Shown piece by piece: positions 60,528 through 64,000 of a stretch of DNA of 64,000 bases. Origin of the DNA: Gemmatimonadales bacterium (GTDB lineage: Bacteria; Gemmatimonadota; Gemmatimonadetes; Gemmatimonadales; GWC2-71-9); NCBI GenBank assembly GCA_965249575.1, contig OZ252244.1, positions 96,001 through 160,000 on the forward strand. The letters run 5' to 3'. The translations under genes were made by a program, and so were the position numbers. Positions within the stretch are counted from its first letter, which is position 1. Every line of letters begins with the position of its first letter. The notes under the pieces were generated by a model. That model worked only from the letters and a program-made list of their open reading frames with translations, made no database searches and was not told the DNA's origin.

Positions 60528-62402
60528 TCACTGCTCCAATCTCGACCGGACCGCGTCAACGATCTCGGTAATCTTGAACGGTTGGCCCGTCACCTTGTTC
60601 AATCCCTCGGCCGGCAGGAGATACGTGCTGCGGAGAATGGTGACGAGCTGGCCCGCGTTCATTTCGGGTACCAGGATGTGATCGAATCCCTGCAACAGCT
60701 GGCCCAGGTTCGACGGGAATGGGTTCAAGTACCGAATGTGGATGTGCGATACCTCCAGACCATCCGCACGCAATCGTTTGACCGCCTGGTGGATCGCGCC
60801 ATGCGTAGATCCCCACGCAACCAAGGCGAGCCGTCCGCGCTCCTCACCCAGATCGACCTGTTGCTGCGGCACGTCCTTGGCGATCCCCGCGATCTTGGCC
60901 GCCCGCACCTCGGTCATCTTCTCGTGGTTCTCTGGATCGTAGGAGATATGGCCCGTATCGTAGCTCTTCTCGATCCCCCCGATCCGATGCTCGAGACCCG
61001 GCGTTCCTGGGAGGGCCCAGGCCCGCGCGAGCGTCTTGGGGTCTCGCACGAAGGGGTGGAATCCTTCGGGCTCCGTGCGGAACGAAACCGGGAATGGCGG
61101 TAGTGATTCGGTCTCCGGAATGAGCCACGGCTCCGCCGCGTTGGCCAGGTAGCCGTCGGTCAGCACGATGACCGGGGTCATGTAGCGCGTGGCCAACCGG
61201 ACGGCCTCCATCGCTACCTCGAAACAGTCGCCCGGCGTCGCGGACGCGATGACCGGCAGCGGCGCATCGGCGTTCCGCCCGTAGAGCGCTTGGAACAGAT
61301 CCGATTGCTCCGTTTTGGTCGGCATACCGGTAGAGGGTCCCGCCCGCTGCGAATTCACCACGATGAGCGGCAGTTCGGCGCTGATCGCCAGACCGAGCGC
61401 TTCGGCTTTCAGGGCGACCCCGGGACCCGAGCTGGACGTTATACCCAAGACGCCCGTATACGACGCTCCAATGGCCGCGCAGATCGCGCTGATCTCGTCT
61501 TCCGCCTGGAACGTGATGACGCCGTACTGCTTCAGATTGGCCAACGTGTGCAGCAGCGGCGACGCGGGCGTGATGGGATACGATCCAAGAAAGAGATTCT
61601 TCAACCCGGCGCGGCGCGCACCAAGCAACAGGCCCCACGCCATGGTCTCGGTTCCGCTGACCGTGCGATAGGTGCCCGGCGCAACGGTGGCTTTGGGTAC
61701 ATATGCCGTGAACTCGCTCCCGAGCTCCGCCGTCTCGCCGAAGGCGTGTCCCGCGTTGAGGGCAGTGATGTTCGCGTTGGCCACGTCCGGAATCTTGGCA
61801 AATTTTTTCGCGAGCCAGTCGACCGTCGCCTGCCGGTCGCGCCCGAACATCCAGAGCGCGAGTCCCAGCGCCCACATGTTTCGCGAGCGCAGCGCTTGTT
61901 TCTGGCTGAGACCAAACTCCTTGACCGCCTCGAGCGTGAGCTTGGAGATGTCGAACTTGAGTACGCGGTAGGGCGCCATCTCGCCGTCATCCAACGGGCT
62001 CTCGGAAAACCCCGCTTTCGCGATGTTCCGATTCGTAAACGCACCGGTATCGACGACGATGGTTCCGCCCTGGCGGAGATCTCGGACGTTTACTTTGAGC
62101 GCGGCAGGGTTCATGGCGAACAACACGTCCAGCTCATCGCCGGGTGTCGTGACGTCGCCCGAACCAAAGTGTACCTGAAAGGCCGATACCCCGAATGTCG
62201 TCCCTGCTGGAGCGCGAATCTCGGCGGGAAAATCCGGGAAGGTGGCGAGGTCGTTACCGATTAGGGCCGTTTCGAGCGTGAACTGCGACCCCGTGAGCTG
62301 CATGCCATCGCCCGAGTCACCCGCGAACCGCACGACGACCGAGTCGCGCGGCTCGCGGGCCTGAGCTCCCTCAGGCGCGTTGTTACCGTTTCCCGCGTCC
62401 AT
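60528..62402 (-). CDS. 2-oxoacid:ferredoxin oxidoreductase alpha subunit (fused gamma-alpha)
   Basis: RFAGDSGDGMQ, YPITPAS, QAEDEI, QRAGPSTGMPTKTEQSD. Confidence 0.96.
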   Translation of the reverse strand: MDAGNGNNAPEGAQAREPRDSVVVRFAGDSGDGMQLTGSQFTLETALIGNDLATFPDFPAEIRAPAGTTFGVSAFQVHFGSGDVTTPGDELDVLFAMNPAALKVNVRDLRQGGTIVVDTGAFTNRNIAKAGFSESPLDDGEMAPYRVLKFDISKLTLEAVKEFGLSQKQALRSRNMWALGLALWMFGRDRQATVDWLAKKFAKIPDVANANITALNAGHAFGETAELGSEFTAYVPKATVAPGTYRTVSGTETMAWGLLLGARRAGLKNLFLGSYPITPASPLLHTLANLKQYGVITFQAEDEISAICAAIGASYTGVLGITSSSGPGVALKAEALGLAISAELPLIVVNSQRAGPSTGMPTKTEQSDLFQALYGRNADAPLPVIASATPGDCFEVAMEAVRLATRYMTPVIVLTDGYLANAAEPWLIPETESLPPFPVSFRTEPEGFHPFVRDPKTLARAWALPGTPGLEHRIGGIEKSYDTGHISYDPENHEKMTEVRAAKIAGIAKDVPQQQVDLGEERGRLALVAWGSTHGAIHQAVKRLRADGLEVSHIHIRYLNPFPSNLGQLLQGFDHILVPEMNAGQLVTILRSTYLLPAEGLNKVTGQPFKITEIVDAVRSRLEQ

Positions 62403-62789
62403 CTGGACTGAGCCTCCCATATTCTTGTGCCGCATAACAATATGACGTAGCTGAACCCCAGACGCCAACCTCCCCGGCGGCGCCGCGATCGTTGGAGGGC
62501 GGCTTTCCGGCACGTCAGCCTCGCCTCAGTTGTCCAGTGGGGGCCGCCCGAGGGGCCGACTTGGCCTCGCCGCACCGCCCCGGGGGGGTACCGCCGGCAC
62601 CGGCATGCTTGATGCAACCTGAGGTCTCTGGTGGTTCTCGGGCGGTGGGAACCCGCCCGACCGCCGCGGCGGGCACGCCACGCAAGTGCATATCTCACTT
62701 GACGATCCTTGGCAGCGGGCGCAAGTTCGGCGGGTCAGCGCGAACGAAATCGCACGCCCCGAGCGCTCGACGGGAGAGAGCGACCCTAC

Positions 62790-64000
62790 ATGCAGTGCGC
62801 CCAATGTGCTACACCTGTCCCTGAAGACGCGAGGTTCTGCCACAGCTGTGGCTCGCTGGTCTCCGACGCCGAGGGCCAAGCCGCCGCGACCGGGGCAATG
62901 GATGCATCGGCGTTCCAGCACATGGAGCAGCTCGTTCGCGACGACACCACTGGCGAGTTTGAGATCCTGCGCATGTTGGGACGCGGCGGCATGGCGATGG
63001 TGTACCTCGCCAATGAGGTCCACCTAGCCCGAAAAGTCGCCATCAAGGTCCTTCCGCCCGAACTGACCTTCGGCCACGGCGTCGAGCGCTTCAAGCGCGA
63101 GGCGAAGACCGCCGCCGCCCTGGACCATCCAAACATCGTTCCGATCTACCGAGTCGCATCCGGGGGGGAAATCTTCTGGTACGCGATGAAGTACCTCGAG
63201 GGGCAATCGCTGGACGACCTCTTGAAGGAGCGGGGCCGATTTTCCCTCGGCGAGACCATCGGGATCCTCGGACAGGTCGCAGACGCTCTGGACTACGCGC
63301 ACGAGCACCGGGTCATCCATCGCGACATCAAACCGGCCAACGTCATGCTCGACTCCAGAAACCGCGTCGTGGTGACGGATTTCGGGATTGCCAAGGCACT
63401 GACCGAGGGAACCCTGACGGCGTCGGGGTCGGTCATCGGAACACCGTACTTCATGTCCCCCGAGCAAGGGATGGGAAAACCGGTCACCGGTGCGTCCGAT
63501 CTGTACTCGGTGGGGGTCATGGCCTATCGCATGCTCGCGGGCCAGGTACCGTTCGAGGGCGATTCGGCGATCGACATCCTTCACAAGCACTGCATGATTC
63601 CCGCGCCGCCGCTCGATTCCGCATGGCCCGAAGCGCCAGCTCACGTCGTGCGGGCACTCCAGCGGACGCTGGAAAAAGCGCCGGAGCGACGGTTCCCGAC
63701 GGTCAACGCGTTTGTCGAGGGTCTCAAAGCGCCCGGAGCCCAGGACGCCGAGCGGGAGGCGGCGACCGTGATGGTGCCGAAGGAGGCCGCGTCAGGCGTC
63801 GCCTCGCGGTCCCTCGATGCGGCATCGCAGCGCACGGAGATCATGGAGTCCAGCGGTGACCCAACGGGCCGGACCAGGCCGCCCATGCAGACGAGACCGC
63901 CGGCACCGAAGCCGAAGTCCCGCTGGCCGGTGCGCGTGGCAGCCGGGGTTACGCTGCTGGCCGCTGGAGCGGGAGCCGCGTGGTGGTTCTCGAACCAACC
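62790..64000 (+). CDS. Hanks-type Ser/Thr kinase with N-terminal double zinc ribbon and TM helix; partial at window end
   Basis: Hand translation: MQCAQC...RFCHSCG, LGRGGMAMVY, VAIK, HRDIKPAN, TDFGIAK, GTPYFMSPEQ, TM near 63930-63990; TTGACG-N17-CAAGTT at 62699-62727. Confidence 0.95.
   Translation, partial: MQCAQCATPVPEDARFCHSCGSLVSDAEGQAAATGAMDASAFQHMEQLVRDDTTGEFEILRMLGRGGMAMVYLANEVHLARKVAIKVLPPELTFGHGVERFKREAKTAAALDHPNIVPIYRVASGGEIFWYAMKYLEGQSLDDLLKERGRFSLGETIGILGQVADALDYAHEHRVIHRDIKPANVMLDSRNRVVVTDFGIAKALTEGTLTASGSVIGTPYFMSPEQGMGKPVTGASDLYSVGVMAYRMLAGQVPFEGDSAIDILHKHCMIPAPPLDSAWPEAPAHVVRALQRTLEKAPERRFPTVNAFVEGLKAPGAQDAEREAATVMVPKEAASGVASRSLDAASQRTEIMESSGDPTGRTRPPMQTRPPAPKPKSRWPVRVAAGVTLLAAGAGAAWWFSNQ

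Overview
GC-rich bacterial chromosomal segment. Gemmatimonadota is the most plausible source, inferred from gene order and protein style rather than a database hit. There are three zones. (1) About 0.3-30 kb is an accessory patchwork of detox and stress genes: four VOC proteins, SDR, CoA-transferase, DinB, cupin, AKR, Ada, ATL, MsrA, a cold-shock gene and a TolC/HlyD/ABC efflux operon. It carries many frameshifts, one nonsense codon and several abrupt gene-fragment junctions. (2) About 30-54 kb is an almost lesion-free core: a ~19 kb minus-strand run (S2P-scpAB-rluB-Rossmann protein-MoxR/Bat-mutL-miaA-bshA-uppP-birA-coaX), then rpsT, pyrRBC and tRNA-Ser(CGA). (3) About 54-64 kb holds a secreted esterase/MFS/proline-racemase-family trio, a thioesterase, 2-oxoacid:ferredoxin oxidoreductase alpha/beta and a Ser/Thr kinase that runs off the window end and is absent from the ORF track. 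Best leads: a VOC protein fused to a 162-aa histone-H1-like tail; a racemase-family enzyme with a Cys/Gly active-site pair behind a perfect 22-bp palindrome; a terminator inside the putative cold-shock leader; a near-leaderless pyrR lacking RNA-binding residues; and a coiled-coil/zinc-ribbon protein with a structured leader. I saw no CRISPR array, integrase, transposase or rRNA. Family calls come from motif recognition by eye, with no searches run.
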